Of a DNA stretch of 64,000 bases, positions 26,142-43,511 are shown in pieces. The stretch is taken from the NCBI RefSeq assembly GCF_009914755.1, contig NC_060941.1; one strand, 5' to 3'. The stretch is from the human T2T-CHM13v2.0 reference genome, Homo sapiens. The notes under the pieces are model-generated. The model searched no databases, had not been told where the DNA came from, and saw only the letters and a list, made by a program, of their open reading frames with translations. A program made the position numbers and the translations under genes. Each line of letters begins with the position of its first letter. Position 1 is the stretch's first letter.

Positions 26142-26160
26142 CATGAATATCACCTTCTCC
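26142..26160 (-). CDS. JPT1: JPT1 exon 4, 19-nt micro-exon (GEGDIH)
   Basis: tttttttcttttctag|GGAGAAGGTGATATTCATG|gtaagt; required to keep the frame of the 154-aa protein. Confidence 0.92.
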
Positions 26161-27031
26161 CTAGAAAAGAAAAAAATTCAAAAATTTACTTCCTATTTTA
26201 ATTTTGGAACACGCAAAACAGTCATAGTTCATAGCAGCTAACATCTACTTGAAACCGAATGTGACATTTCATTGTGTTGCAATCAAGCACAGGGTCAGTC
26301 TGCTACCTCTATCCAACTCAGGACAATGCTATGCAAAAATTCTGCATGATAAATTGCTCTAGTGCTAGTACCACGTCTACAACAAACCCCAACATTTCCT
26401 CTGAGGACCTAACACCAATTAGCACTTCAGAGATCTTTTATTAGAATGGAAAACTGGTAAATCTCTCCTTTCATTTCTCTCTCCTTTCCCCGATAAGGGG
26501 AAACTAGATAATAGTTATGGAAGGACCCCTATCAGTTCCAAAGCCCTTCTCCAGTTCTCTCCCCACTCAGACAGGTGATGCCTCACTGTGCTCTGAGGGC
26601 TTTAGTGCTTAGTCGGGCGGGGTCTTTCCACTTCGCAGCACACCCCCTGGGGGGCTTGGTGGCAGTATTCAACTGCAGACACAACCAATGGTAATGCCAG
26701 CACTAGTCTCCTGGAGTTCAACGCAAAGCAGTTCTGAACTCAGAAATGCTTCTATATATGAGACACACAGGAAGTGAGAAAGATCCACAAGTTCCAAAAA
26801 TCAATAGGGGAGATAAAACAAATCCTAATGGTAAAAGAGATACAGAAACAGACTGAGACCATGTTAACACACTTCTATGATTTTACTATCAATCTTCCAT
26901 TATCAATATGGCCCAGTCCCTTTCCTAACTACCTCAATGTAAAATTCCAGTGGGAGAACTGAAACTCTTAGTACAAATTTCAGAATCATATTGACCTGAA
27001 AGCCTTTCTGGCCTCATGCTGTCACACTGAC

Positions 27032-27129
27032 CTTCAGATCTAAGAAGTCTCCGGAGCTTGCTTCAGAGGAGTTCCTTCTCTGCAGTCCAGATGACTCCAA
27101 GTCTTCCCTGCCACCACTAGACTTGGCAC
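27032..27129 (-). CDS. JPT1: JPT1 exon 3 ([14 protein letters not shown]...DFLDLK)
   Basis: ttttag|GT ... AAG|gtcagt; 98 nt. Confidence 0.95.
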
Positions 27130-28004
27130 CTAAAAATCAAAATATACTTTCTTCAGAAATACAATAGAAAAAACCTAAAGCAAAACACTTCAGGCTGGGC
27201 ACGGTGGCTCATGCCTGTAATCTCAGTGCTTTAGGAGGCCGAGGCGGGCAGATCACCTGAGGTCAGGAGTTCAAGACCAGCCTGGCCAACATGGTAAAAC
27301 CCTGTCTCTACTAAAAATATAAAAATTGGCTGGACGTCATGGTGCATGCTTGTAATCCTAGCTACTCGGGAGGCTGAGGCAGAAGAATCACTTGAACTCG
27401 GGAGGTGGAGGTTGTGGTGTGCCAAGATGGCACCACTGCACTCTGTACTCCAGCCTGGGCAACAGAATGAGACTCTTATCTCAAAAACAAAAACAAAAAA
27501 CTTCAGCAATTGACGTTATGTGTTAGTCTCACATTATGAAATGAGGAAACAGTCTTAAGGAAGTTAAGCTGATCACTTAAACATTAACCCAGTCTGACTT
27601 CAGTCCTTACTCTGATCCATCACACAGCCTCTCAGTATTTCCCATTTCTTTCCTCTCAGGCTAAGTCTAAACTGTTGTAAGCTAGATTTTGTTATTAGTT
27701 CAAAACCAGCTGTAGTTGGTTTTTCTTTTGTTTGTTTTTGACACAGGGTTTCACTCTGTCACCTAGGCTGGAGGGCAGTGGCTCAATCACAGCTCACTGC
27801 AGCCTCCACCTCCCAGGCTCAGCAATCCTCCCACCTCGGCCTCCGGAGTATCAGGGACTAAATGCACACTGCCACTACCACCAGCTAATTTTTGTTTTGT
27901 TTTGTTTTTTAGACACGGGGGCACATGCTGGTGCCCAAGCTGCATCTGTGGCTGTTGATGCTGGGCCCATCCCTTTGAACAGTGAGCACAGATAACAAGA
28001 GTAC

Positions 28005-28147
28005 CTGCTGACTTGGCCCAAGAAGCTTGATTTTCTTCAGGTGTCCCAAAGATATTAGAGGCCATTTTGTTCTTCCTCACAGGTTGTTCTGTTGGTTCAT
28101 CAAAACCTAATGAAAAATTGGATCCACCACCTGGAGGCCGCAAAACT
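28005..28147 (-). CDS. JPT1: JPT1 exon 2 ([15 protein letters not shown]...MASNIFG...WAKSA)
   Basis: tttgcag|A ... G|gtactc; 143 nt; hallmark HN1 motifs. Confidence 0.96.
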
Positions 28148-28846
28148 CTGCAAATAATGGCAAAACATCAACTTCAGATCATACTGAAACATTTCTTGGC
28201 ATAAATCTTTTCAGACAACTTTCATTTCACTTTCCTCACCCATTCATCTCCCTCACCCCTACAACAGATAGCTGCTAACAGGAAAAAAGAATCAACTCCA
28301 TCAGTGTCTACATTCAGTGCTGGATGTTAAGATACTAAATACTGCTTTATAATACTTGTAATAAGGTCATCGATCACACAAGGCAGCTGAAACAGCATGG
28401 AACTCATCATAAATAACAGCCTGGTTGGTGTCCCCTTTTCAGAAATGGCAAAAGATCTAATGGACCTTACTCTACTGGGCTTGGCTGAATATACTTTCAA
28501 AGAAGTTTAGAAGTATTTCTTGTTATTATTCATTTAAAAATCATTTCCAGGCACAGTGGCACACACCTGTAATCCCAGCACCCTAGGAGGCCAAGGCAGG
28601 ATCATCACTTGAGCCTAGGAGTTCAAGACCAGCCTGGGCAACATGGCAAGACCCCGTGTCTCTATAAAAAAAAAATTAAAAATTAGCCAAGCGTAGTGGC
28701 GCATGCCTGTGGTCCCAGCTACACTGGACTCTGAGACAGAAGGATCGTTTCGGCCGGGAGGTCAAGGCTGCAGTGAGCTGTGTTCACACCGCTGAACTCC
28801 AGCCTGTGTGACAGAGCAAGACTCTGTCTCAAAATGTAAAAAGTAA

Positions 28847-29048
<202 letters not shown>

Positions 29049-29338
29049 TAGCCAGGATGCTCTTGATCTCCTGACCTCATGATCCACTCACCTCGGCCTC
29101 CCAAAGTGCTAGGATTACAGGCATGAGCCACCACGCCCAGCCAAAAAAAGTAAATAAATTTTAAAAAATCACTTCCTTCTTATTTTCAACTAGATAAATA
29201 ACTTGGGCACGATCAGTAGCAGGCCCCTATAGTCCCAGCCATTCTGGAAGCTGAGGCAGGAGGATTGCTTGAGCCCAGGAGTTCAAGGCCAGCCTAGGCA
29301 ACATAGTGAGATCCCCATCTCTAATCACTTACACACTT

Positions 29339-29362
29339 ACACACACACACACACACACACAC
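29339..29362. repeat. (AC)n microsatellite
   Basis: Read directly. Confidence 0.9.
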
Positions 29363-29750
29363 TTAAGTCAGCTTGACCAATTTAGAAGCCCAAGAAGAGC
29401 TGATAATAGTCTCTTCTATCTCAACCTCACTAAAAAGCCATTTACATACTTGTACCTCACTATTCTCACAATAAACATAAGTAACTACCCATGAGGGCAA
29501 AGTCAGTATGAGCAATTAAGTATAAGATTCCATGACATGGTCTATATCAGTGTTCCTTTGAATATCATCTGTAGCTTTCTGTTCAACATGGTAATATATT
29601 TTTTAACATTTCCAAATCTTTCTGCCATAGGTTGACCAATTTGTCTCCTCCTTGGAAAAACTCAATTTAACTCCTCTTGCCACCTCTCAAAACAGAAAAT
29701 GCAGGTGGTTTTATAGAAATACTTTTTTTTCTTTTCTTTTTTTTTTTTGA

Positions 29751-29858
<108 letters not shown>

Positions 29859-30013
29859 TAGCTGGGATTACAGGTGCCCACCACCACAAACAGCTAATTT
29901 TTGTATTTTCAGTAGAGACGGGGTTTCGCCATGTTGGCCAGGCTGGTCTCGAACTCCTGACCTCAGGTGATCCACCCGCCTGGCCTCCCAAAGTGCTGGG
30001 ATTACAGGCGTGA

Positions 30014-30235
<222 letters not shown>

Positions 30236-30295
30236 TAACTACTGATTCAATTCCTTTACTGGTGATATGAGTGGTCTGGTTTTGTTTCTTCATAA

Positions 30296-30565
<270 letters not shown>

Positions 30566-31285
30566 TGATCTGCCCGCCTCGGCCTCCCAAAGTGCTGGGA
30601 TTACAGGCGTGAGCCACCGCGCCCGGCCAAGAAACATTTTTCTAAGAATATTTAGCACTTCTATCTGGGCGTGGTGATGTGAACCTGTAATCCCAGCTAC
30701 TCCGGAGGCTGAGGTAGGAGAATCGCTTGAACCCTGTAGGAGGCGGAGCCTACAGTAAGCTAAGATCACACCACTGCACTCTAGCCTGGGCAAAAGAGTG
30801 AGACTCCGTCTCAAAATAATAATGATAATAATAATAATAATAATAAAATTAAGGTCAGGAGCGGTGGCTCATGCCTGTAATCCTCGCACTTTGAGAAGCC
30901 AAGGCAGGCAGATCACAAGGTCAAGAGATCAAGACCATCCTGGCCAACATGGTGAAACTGTCTGTACTACAAATGTACAAAAATTAGCTGGGCGTGGTGG
31001 CACATGCCTGTAGTCCCGACTATTCAGGAGGCTGAGGCAGAGGCAGAAGAATCGCTTGAACCCGGGAGGCAGAGGTTGCAGTGAGCCAGAGATCATGCCA
31101 CTGCACTCCAGCCTGGCAACACAGTGAGACTGTCTCAAAAAAATAAATTAATTAAAAAAAATAAGGCAGGGCGCAGTGGCTCACGCCTGTAATCCCAGCA
31201 CTTTGGGAGGCCGAGGCGGGCGGATCACCTGAGGTCAGGAGTTCGAGACCAGCTGGACCAACATAGAGAAAACCCGTCTCTACTA

Positions 31286-31444
<159 letters not shown>

Positions 31445-32869
31445 TCAAAAAAAAAAAAAAAATCAAGAAAAAGACACTAGTACCCGAACACCAGCTTAAG
31501 AGCAAGTCAAAACTCTAACCAGTCCCACTTTTTAAAGGTCTCTGTTCCTCCTGCAATAGCAGGTAGTAACCAACTCGGATGACGTCAGTGTTGTAGAGAC
31601 CATTTGTAATAGTGAGATATCCCCAAACAAAGGATGTAGATCATAAGGCAGAAAGTATCTCAATGTTTTAGGATCCTACTATTCTTTCAGAATCATACAC
31701 GACAACTAAATCAGGATTATATATTTAAGACTGAACAAAAATGTGTCCATGTACTGTAAATAGCAATTTTTAAAAAATTGCTCCTTTTCTTTCTTCTCTC
31801 TTAAAATCCTGAAGTTTCTGTATATCTTTGCAGATCATTCCCTACCAGACTAAATTTATAACGAGTTTATGGGGCCAGGAGAACATTACTGGACAAAATT
31901 AAGTTTATGAGAATTAGGTGAGAATATAGAAAAAGGGAAGGTAGAGAGACAATAAAATGACAATGCTACTACAGTCCCTAGAGCATAATATTGGAGGGAA
32001 ATTGATGACGAAAGGTGAATTAAACATTCATTTCACAGGATCAGAACTCATTTGTCTCACATTTCAAATGTACACATGAAAAACTAAGTGTGAGGATTCA
32101 TTTGACCTAATTACTGAAATTCTTTACAAAACACTAATATCAACTCAACCCCAAAGAATAAAACCCCAGATTACACATTATCATTCCGACGACTGAAGTC
32201 TAACCGGCAGAAAGTTGGCCTCGTAACACAAAATGAAAAACCAAGGCTCAATCTCTTCCTGTTCTCTGAAGAAATCATCTCATTGGAAAGAAAACAGAAA
32301 GGGAGCGACCAGTTTCCTAGGTCTGTGCTACTTAAGTACCCCATCCTCCCAGTAATCACCAATTTATTTTTTTAATCTTACCTAGTCTTTTTGACCTTGT
32401 AAACCTGAAAGTATTGAGTTGTAAAGGAATGTCATTTCCCATGCTTTCCTCCTAAGGCTCAATTGCTGAGTGAGGCGTGCTTTTTGTTCCCAAGTTCTCT
32501 AACCCCTGTGAGATATGGCTATTTCACGTGTCTTCTTAGCCCCACAAAATGGCTCCCTTTGTGCCACTTGGCCAGGACCCCGAGGGTAGCCACACATGAA
32601 TGCAGGTCATAATCGATGTAAAATACATGCTCAAAAAAGTGATTTAAGCTTCTTCCAAGCCTTGAAGAGGATCCCAGACATAACTGTAACCCACCTTAAA
32701 GAACAGTGTGCAATTAGCTGAGACAATGTGGACACCTTCCACAGAATCCAAACCCTTCCACCAAGTAAGTTAAGCAAGGACTTGGAAAAGGGTTCCTGTC
32801 CAAACACTGTACCCAGTGCCCCAAGCCCAAAAAGCAGTGGGAAGAAGGGCAAGAAAAATCCCCCGCTTC

Positions 32870-34280
32870 CCAGGTAGCGCTACCACGTTAGAGACAATGG
32901 ATGTCTCCGGCCCCGCCCAAGAACAAGAAACCTCCTCCTGCAAGGGAACCAGGGCCAGGGATGAACTCACTGGGCAAACGTCAAAGGAGGAAGCGAAGGT
33001 AGGATGCAAAGGCCACGGTCCGAAGGTTTAAGCGCAGAAAACCCACTCGGGTTGGCTCGTTCCCCGCGCCCGCCCCCGCCCCCCGCCTTAGAAATGAGCG
33101 CAGGGATGGGGAGAAGGGGTCTTTCCTTTGTTAGGAAGGGGAGACACTTGGAAGAGGGGAGGCACTTCGAAGAGGGGAAGAACGATTGGGTCCTCAATGG
33201 GGGGTGAAGGGTCGCGATGACCAGCCCCGCTTGACCACACATGCACCTGTCAGGTAGGTCCGAATAAGGAGTGGGGGCACGGCGAGGGTAAGGAGCCCGC
33301 CGGACCTGATCGATCCGGTCTCCGGATCCAATGGCTGCGCGCGAGAGCGAGACCAACCGCATGCCACGGGGGAGAGACAGGAGCGCGTGGCCCATCAATG
33401 GGACAATAGGACCTGACCATGCATGGGGCCCTAAAGGATCCCCGGGCACCTGGGGGGCCAAGCCCACCACCCTGGGGATGCACCAGCCGGGATGCACACA
33501 GGAGAAAGCGAAGCCCTCCCCGAAGGTTCCGATTAACGAAAACCGGCCGTGCTCCGAGGGGCGACCAGCCCCGGCCTCCTCAGCCCCTGACTCCGTGGAA
33601 GGAATGAATGGAGAGCAGCAGGGACCCGGGTGGGGCCGGCGCGCAGGGCTCGCCAGGCGGCACAAAGGCGGCGCCGACGGCAGAACCCCGCCACCCGCCC
33701 CGGCGCGAGCACAGCGCACGGGGCTCGTTACCCGCAACGACCGGCGCGAGGCCCCGCCGGCAGCGGCCCTCCCAGCCCCTCAGCCCCGCGCGGCTCGGGC
33801 GCGACCCGGTCGCCTCACCGGGAGCTATTCCTGCTGTTGGGGTCGACTCCCTTGAAGGTGGTGGTTGTGGTCATGGCGCCGAGGAGCGAGGTAGGCTGGC
33901 GCCGGAGCAGAACGCTCAAAGGGTCGGACCCGAGGGGCGCTGGGAAACTCCACACCCAACAGCCGACCACCGCTGCAGGAGCCGCCGCTGCCGCCTGTCC
34001 GGCCGATCGACGCCTTTATAGGGTTTTCAACCCCCGCCCCCTAACCCGCCGGCATTGGCCGATTCAAATGAATTCTTTCATTCCTATTGGCTCTCTGGAG
34101 TGCCAAGCACCATGCGGCATTACGATGGGCTGTGGCGGCCACGGCTCAGCCTAAGCCCGCCCCCTTCCTGGACTGGGAAGGCCTTGGGACTCTCTCCCCT
34201 CCCCCACCCCAAAATCTCGGCGATGATTGGACGGAAGGCGAATCTACCTCGCGCTGGGTGGAAGTCGTGCTGGCTGTCAC
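32870..34280. promoter_or_regulatory. JPT1 CpG island/promoter: TATAAA (- 34015-34020), GC box 34031-34040, CCAAT boxes (- 34054-34058, 34086-34090, 34226-34230), CHR TTTGAA (- 34063-34068)
   Basis: CpG density; motifs read directly upstream of exon 1. Confidence 0.82.
33819..33874 (-). CDS. JPT1: JPT1 (HN1, Jupiter microtubule-associated homolog 1) exon 1 (MTTTTTFKGVDPNSRNSS)
   Basis: Kozak-like gcgccATGA; donor CG|gtgagg; the five exons sum to 465 nt = 154 aa + stop. Confidence 0.96.
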
Positions 34281-35177
34281 TGTAAAACGTTACCTGACAG
34301 AGGGGGAAGCTCTTTCTTGGGGAGTTACAACCTCGGCAAGCAGAAGGGAGATTTGTCACTGTTACTGTTCTCTCATTTGCTTTACTGATGGTGGGATAGT
34401 AAGGGCATCCTCCTTAAAGGATGAAAAGTACTGCAACAAGTTGACATTTATCTGTTGAATACCTACTGTGTGTCCCATTTAGAAACCTAATAGTCTCAAA
34501 GCAGCCGCACAATGAGTCAGCAACAGAGAGCGCACCAAGATGATCCCTTTTAAAAGGACTGGAAATTCCTTACATTTTAATGTTACTGTTTAGTTGTAAT
34601 GGGTGGTGCATGTACTGGACCAAAATTACAGTCGCTCCTATTTGGGGGCCTATTCTAAGGCTGGTTAATGCCTGGCACCAGGAATGGACTCATTCCCTGC
34701 TACCAAGACTATGGGAGCAGCTCAGGCCTCTGCAGCTGTTTATAACCCTTAAGTCATGACTCTTCCACCTGTCTGGGTAAATCTATCCATGCGACAAATG
34801 CAGACACACTTGGAGGATTCAGGAATGATGGTTTACAAGATCATAATAGGAAAGCCTTGGGCAAAAGAGGGCAGGCCCTTCTCATGTCTTGCATATTTCC
34901 TCAAGGCAGATGTCTTTGCTTGTCTCAATATTTCCATAATAATTGAACCACATTCCTCTTTGCAAAGCCACCTTTCAGGTAGTTGGAAGTTTGTATTCTG
35001 GGCAGTCTAGGTTAACCACCCTCCCCCCCGGGCTTTCATGAAAAGCCAGTGAGAAGTTCTGTTCTAGAAAGCACGGATGATGCATTTATGTGCTTACCAC
35101 AACAGCACGAAGCGCACCACTTGTTTGTGTTAGAATCTTCCCTTCTTTTTTTCCTTTCTTTTTTTTTTTGTTTTTGA

Positions 35178-35309
<132 letters not shown>

Positions 35310-35696
35310 TGACTAATTTGTGTATTTTTAGTAGAGACGGCGTTTCACCATATTGGCCAGGCTGGTCTCAAACTCCTGACCTCAGGTGATCCATGCTCCT
35401 TGGCCTCCCAAAGTGCTGGGATTACAGGTGTAAGCCACCGCATCTAGCCAAAATCTTAGCTTTTTTTTTTTTTTTTTGAGACAGAGTCTTGCTCTGTCGC
35501 CCAGGCTGGAGTGCAGTGGTGGCGCGATCTCTGCTCACTTGCAGCCTCCACCTCCCGGGTTCAAGCGATTCTCCTGCCTCAGCCTCCCGAGTAGCTAGGA
35601 CTACAGGTGCGTGCCATCATGCCCGGCTAATTTTTTGTAGTTTATTAGTAGAGATGGAGTTTCACCATGTTAGCCAGCATGGTCTCAATCTCCTGA

Positions 35697-36353
<657 letters not shown>

Positions 36354-37182
36354 TGATCCGCCCACCTCGGCCTCCCAAAGTGCTAGGATTACAGGCGTGA
36401 GCCACTGCGCCCGGCCCAATCTTCCCACTCTTAAAGGCTGAGCCTATATTTCCAAAATCTTAAAAGAAAAAAAAATCAGACCAATCTAGCCAGTGAGCAC
36501 GCCCTCCTCAGAAACCATATAATTATCAACTAGGAGGTAGTGGAGTATAGTGGTTGCTAGCTCAGACTCTCATGGGATAAATTTGGATTGGAATCTCGAC
36601 CCTTACCTTTTCTAAGCACTAGTTTTCACCTTTCTGAAATAAACACACAATAGTACCTGGGGGTCTGTGGAGTTTTGGGGACTAAGTGACCTCATGGATG
36701 TAAACGGCTTGGCTCAATATACAAGTCATCAAAGTGATAGTCCATTTTATTATCAGACTTATTTAGAAAGCAATCACATACTTGTATGTTAAATGAGGGG
36801 TTTGGACTTGACTCGCATGGTCTTTTGGCTTACATTTTCAGGTTGTACTTATTTCCTTGCAGTCTAATAGAAGATAGCTTGGTGAGGCAATGCTACAATA
36901 GACTAGAAGTCAAAAGACCTAAGTTCTGGTTTTGCCTTTTCCCAATATAAGACACTGGTACATCATTTATGCCCTTGAGCCTCAATTTTCTTATCTATAA
37001 AATGGGATTGCAGGCTGGCACGGTGGCTCACGCCTGTAATCCCAGCACTTTGGGAGGCAGAGGTGGGCGGATCAGAAGGTCAGGAGTTTGACACCAGCCT
37101 CACTAACATGGGGAAACCCCATCTCTACCAAAAATATAAAAATTAGCTGGGCGTGGTGATACGCCTGTAACCCAGCTACTCA

Positions 37183-37287
<105 letters not shown>

Positions 37288-37320
37288 TCAAAAAAACAAA
37301 AAAGGGATTAATAGCACTTG

Positions 37321-38185
<865 letters not shown>

Positions 38186-39421
38186 CCTGTTCTGAGTTGT
38201 GAGGGCTGGAATGAGATAAATATAAGAATGTACATGCTGGCCAGGCAAGGTGGCTCACGCCTGTAATCCAAGCACTTTGGGAGGCCGAGGCGGGTGGATC
38301 ACTAAGTCAGGAGTTCGAGACCAACCTGGCCAATATGGTGAAACCCCATCTCTACTAAAAATACAAAAATTAGCTGGGCGTGGTGGCATGCCCCTGTAGT
38401 CGCAGCTGCTCAGGAGGCTGAGGCACAAGAATCACTTGAACCTGGGTGGCGCAGGTTGCAGTGAGACCAGATCATGCCACTGCATTCTAGCCTGGTCGAC
38501 AGGGCAAGACTCCATCTCAAAAAATCCAGAAAACTTTCTATTAGAAGTGCCCCATCCTGGCTGCACATCAGAATCACCTATGAGATTTTTGAAGAATATA
38601 AATGAATGCCAGGTCTCCACCCAAGATCTACTAAATTGCAGTTTCTGGGGTGAGGGTTTAGTCATGGATATCTTTAAAATGTTAAACAGGTAATTCTCAT
38701 TTACAGCTTGAGCTGAGAACCTTTGCTACAAAGGTAAGGAATCAGTCCCAGGAGAACCCTTTTAATCTGATCTGATTTATGAATCAGAGCAAATGTATGT
38801 AAAACAAACAAGTGAGTAAGGCTGTTGGCCTGTTTAGCATATTTGTTTAAGTTCTCAAGGTAACCAAAAAATCAAAGGAAACAGAAGAAAGATTAATCCT
38901 GATGACAAGGAATGGTCTAACAGCTTCTTCATGACCTATAGCAGTGTTTCTTAAACTTCATTTTTTTTTTTTAACAGCGTCTTGCTCTAAATAACCCAGG
39001 TTAGAGTGCAGTGGCACAATCTCAGCTCTCTGCAGCCTCCACTTCCTGGACTCAAGGAATCCTCCCACATCAGCCTCCTGAGTAGCTGGGCCTACAGGCA
39101 CATGCCACCACACCTGGCTTTTTTTGTTGTTGAGACAGAGGCTTGCTATGTTACTCAGGCTGCTCTCAAACTGGCTCGAAAGGATTTTCCCACCTCTGCC
39201 TCCCAATGTGCTGAGATTACAGACATGAGTCACTGTGCCCAGCCTCTTGAACTTCTATGAAAGCAAAACCCATATATATAAAATAGATTAACAGCAAAGC
39301 AGCTGTGATTACAACTGGGCAGAGGGTCCCAGATCCTGGCCCTCTCTCCCTATGTCCTTTGTCACCTTTTTCTTGACTGTCCTCCTAAAACAATACCAGG
39401 TTTCCTTAAGATTTCATTTTA

Positions 39422-39747
<326 letters not shown>

Positions 39748-40471
39748 TCATGTGCTTTTGAACTTAGTTAAGTGATTGAACTAACAAAATCGTCCAGGGA
39801 CAAGTATTTCCCCCAAACTTTACTTCTCAATCCCAACATCTCAGGGCGTCCCTTAAGCGTATCACTTGTGACTTAACCACATCTTCACAGACACATTCTG
39901 CATCCATTACTCCGAAGGCCAAATTTAGTATGCATCTGTCCATTCTTTTCTTAGCTGTATCCTCACAAAAAAAGACAGATCAATATACTGGAAAAGACAG
40001 CTCAAGGAGTTTATTTCCTTTTAAAACTCATTTGCCATTAAACAAATAAGCCGAGAGTTCTCAAATGTGGAAAATGGCTTTGTCAAGTTTATGTGCTCCC
40101 TTTATTTCAAGTTAAGGTTAACAGAATGGCACACACACTCTACTAAGGTCTGACATGCCCCTCTTGGGTCCTTTTTAACTGCTCTAAAGTGTAGATATGA
40201 AGAGCATGATTCCTAAATTGTCCTCCTCAAGAGGAAATTCATATTTCCTCCTCCTCAGAGTAAGGACTGAATAAAATTATGTGGTTTAAGTTTGTCCTGT
40301 TTACCCCAATACTATACTGCTATTTCTCTTTTAAAAACAAGCAGAATCCCAGCACTTTGGGAAGCGAAAGCAAAAGAACTGCTTGAGCCCAGGAGTTCAA
40401 GACCAGCCTGGGCAATGTGGCAAGATCCCATCTCTACAAAAAAAAAATACAAAAACTTTTTTTTTTTTTAG

Positions 40472-40684
<213 letters not shown>

Positions 40685-41421
40685 TGATCCACCCACCTCG
40701 GCCTCCCCAAGTGCTGGGATTACTGGCGTGAGCCACCACCCCCAGACAAACTTTCTCTTTTTTTTGAGATGGAATCTCCCTCTGTTGCCCAGGCTGGAGT
40801 TCAATGGCCGAATCTCGGCTCACTGCAGCCTCTGCCTCCCGGTTTCATGAGATTCTCTTGCCTCAGCCTCCCAAGTAGCTGAGATTACATGCGCCCACCA
40901 CCAGTGCCTGGCTAATTTTTGTAGTTTTAGTAGAGATGGGGTTTCGCCATGTTGGCCAGGCTTGTCTCAAACTTCCAACCTCAGGTGATCTGCCTGCCTC
41001 AGCCTCCCAAAGTACTGGGGTTACAGGTGTGAGCTACCGTGCCCGGCCAATTTTTTGTTTGTTTGTTTGTTTGTTTATTTAGAGACACGGTCTTGCTCTG
41101 TTGCCCAGATTGGAGTGCAGTGGCGTGATCTCCATTCACTGAAACCTCCACCTCCCAGGTTCAAGCAATTGTCTTGCCTCAACCTCCCAAGTAGCTGGGA
41201 TTACAGGCACCCACCAACACGCCCGGATAATTTTTGTATTTTTAGTAGAGACGGGGTTTCACCGTGTTAGCCAGGCTGGCCTTGAACTCCTGACCTCAAG
41301 TGATCCACCTGCCTCAGCCTCCCAAAGTGTTGGGATTACAGGCGTAAGCCACCGTGCCCGGCCTACAATTTTTTGTATTTTTGTATGTATGGTGGTGTGT
41401 GCCTGTGGTCCAAACTACTCA

Positions 41422-41613
<192 letters not shown>

Positions 41614-41748
41614 TTAAAATTATAAATACATAACTTCAAAGGGTATCCCCAGAAAAAATGTGGAAAAATTCTTCCCTTAACATTCTAAATTCTGTAACTT
41701 GTGGCAAATTTAGCCACATAATATGCCTTTAAAATATGAACGGTAAAA

Positions 41749-41752
<4 letters not shown>

Positions 41753-41802
<50 letters not shown>
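41753..41802. repeat. (AT)n microsatellite, about 25 units
   Basis: Read directly. Confidence 0.95.
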
Positions 41803-41809
<7 letters not shown>

Positions 41810-41810
41810 G

Positions 41811-42002
<192 letters not shown>

Positions 42003-42262
42003 TAGCCAGGATGGTCTTGATCTCCTGACCTTGTGATCCACCCACCTCGGCCTCCCAAAGTGCTGGGATTACAGGCGTGAGCCACTGCGCCTGGCCAAGA
42101 AAACAAATATTAGGTGATAATTCTTGGACTTTAAAGTGTTTCACAAAGCCCTCAGGGTACAAGAAATCCTAAAAGTGAGGCCGGGTGTGGTGGCTCACTC
42201 CTGTAATCTCAGCACTTTGGGAGGCGGATCTTGAGGTCAAGAGATCAAGATCATCCTGGCTA

Positions 42263-42512
<250 letters not shown>

Positions 42513-42671
42513 TCACAGCACTGCTTACAGAGAAATAACAATCTACAATCCAAACAACAGATTAATTTCAAACTAGTTTATATACTCTGTTCTAATTATG
42601 TTTTACCTCAAGGAACTTTTTAAATTAGCTAACCACTATAAAAACCAAAGTCTCATTATAAAACATGCATA

Positions 42672-43511
42672 CAGGCATGCCTCATTTTATTGCACTTTGC
42701 AGATACTGTGTTTTTTGGTTTTTTTGAGATGGAGTCTCACTCTGTTGCCCAGGCTGGAGTGCAGTAGCGCAATCTCAGTTCGCTGCAACCTCGGCCTCCT
42801 GAGTTCAAGCAATTCTCTGCCTGAGCCTCCCAACTAGCTGGGATTACAGGCATCCGGGATGTCTATGCTGCACTGAACTGTGATTACACCCCTGCACTCC
42901 AGGCTCGGTGGACAAAGCAAGATCCTGTCTCCAAAACAAACAAAAAAGTACTTTAAAGTATGGCACAGTGGCTCATTATTCCCAACACCTTGGGAGGCTG
43001 AGGCGGGAGTATTGCTCGAGTCCAGGAGTTCGAGGCTGCAGTAAGCTATAACTGCACCACTGCACTCTAGCCTGGGCAACACAGAAAATAAGATCCTGTC
43101 ACCCCACTCCCAGAAAATAAAAATTAAAGTATGTATTTTTTTTTAAGACATAATGCTACCGAATACCTGACTACAATATAAACTTTTTTTTTTCCAAGAC
43201 AGGGTCTTACCCCGTCGACATAGCTGGACTGCTGTGGCGCGATCACAGCTCATTGCAGCCTCGGCCTCCCCCCGAGCTCAGGCAATCTTCTCACCTCAGC
43301 CTTCAGAGTAGCTGGAACTACAGGCATGCACCACTGCACCTGGCTTTTATTTTTTGTAGAAACAGGGTCTCACTATATTGCCAGGGCTGAACATAACTTT
43401 TATATGCACTGAAAAACCAAAAAATTTGTGTGACTCGTTTTATTGAGATGACTTCTTTATTGTAGTGCTGCAGTCTGGGACCAAGCCCGTAGTCCCTGTG
43501 AGGTATGCCTC
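42672..43511 (+). mobile_element. Internally deleted Tigger1 DNA transposon filled with Alu pieces
   Basis: TA|CAGGCATGCCTC...GAGGTATGCCTC|TA terminal inverted repeats with TA TSD; 3' body aacataacttttatatgcactg...aaaaatttgtgtgactcg matches Tigger1 as I recall it. Confidence 0.8.

Noticed and set aside
32967-34154. Overlapping 137-256 aa ORFs over the JPT1 promoter
   Set aside because: GC-rich CpG-island artefacts open in several frames at once
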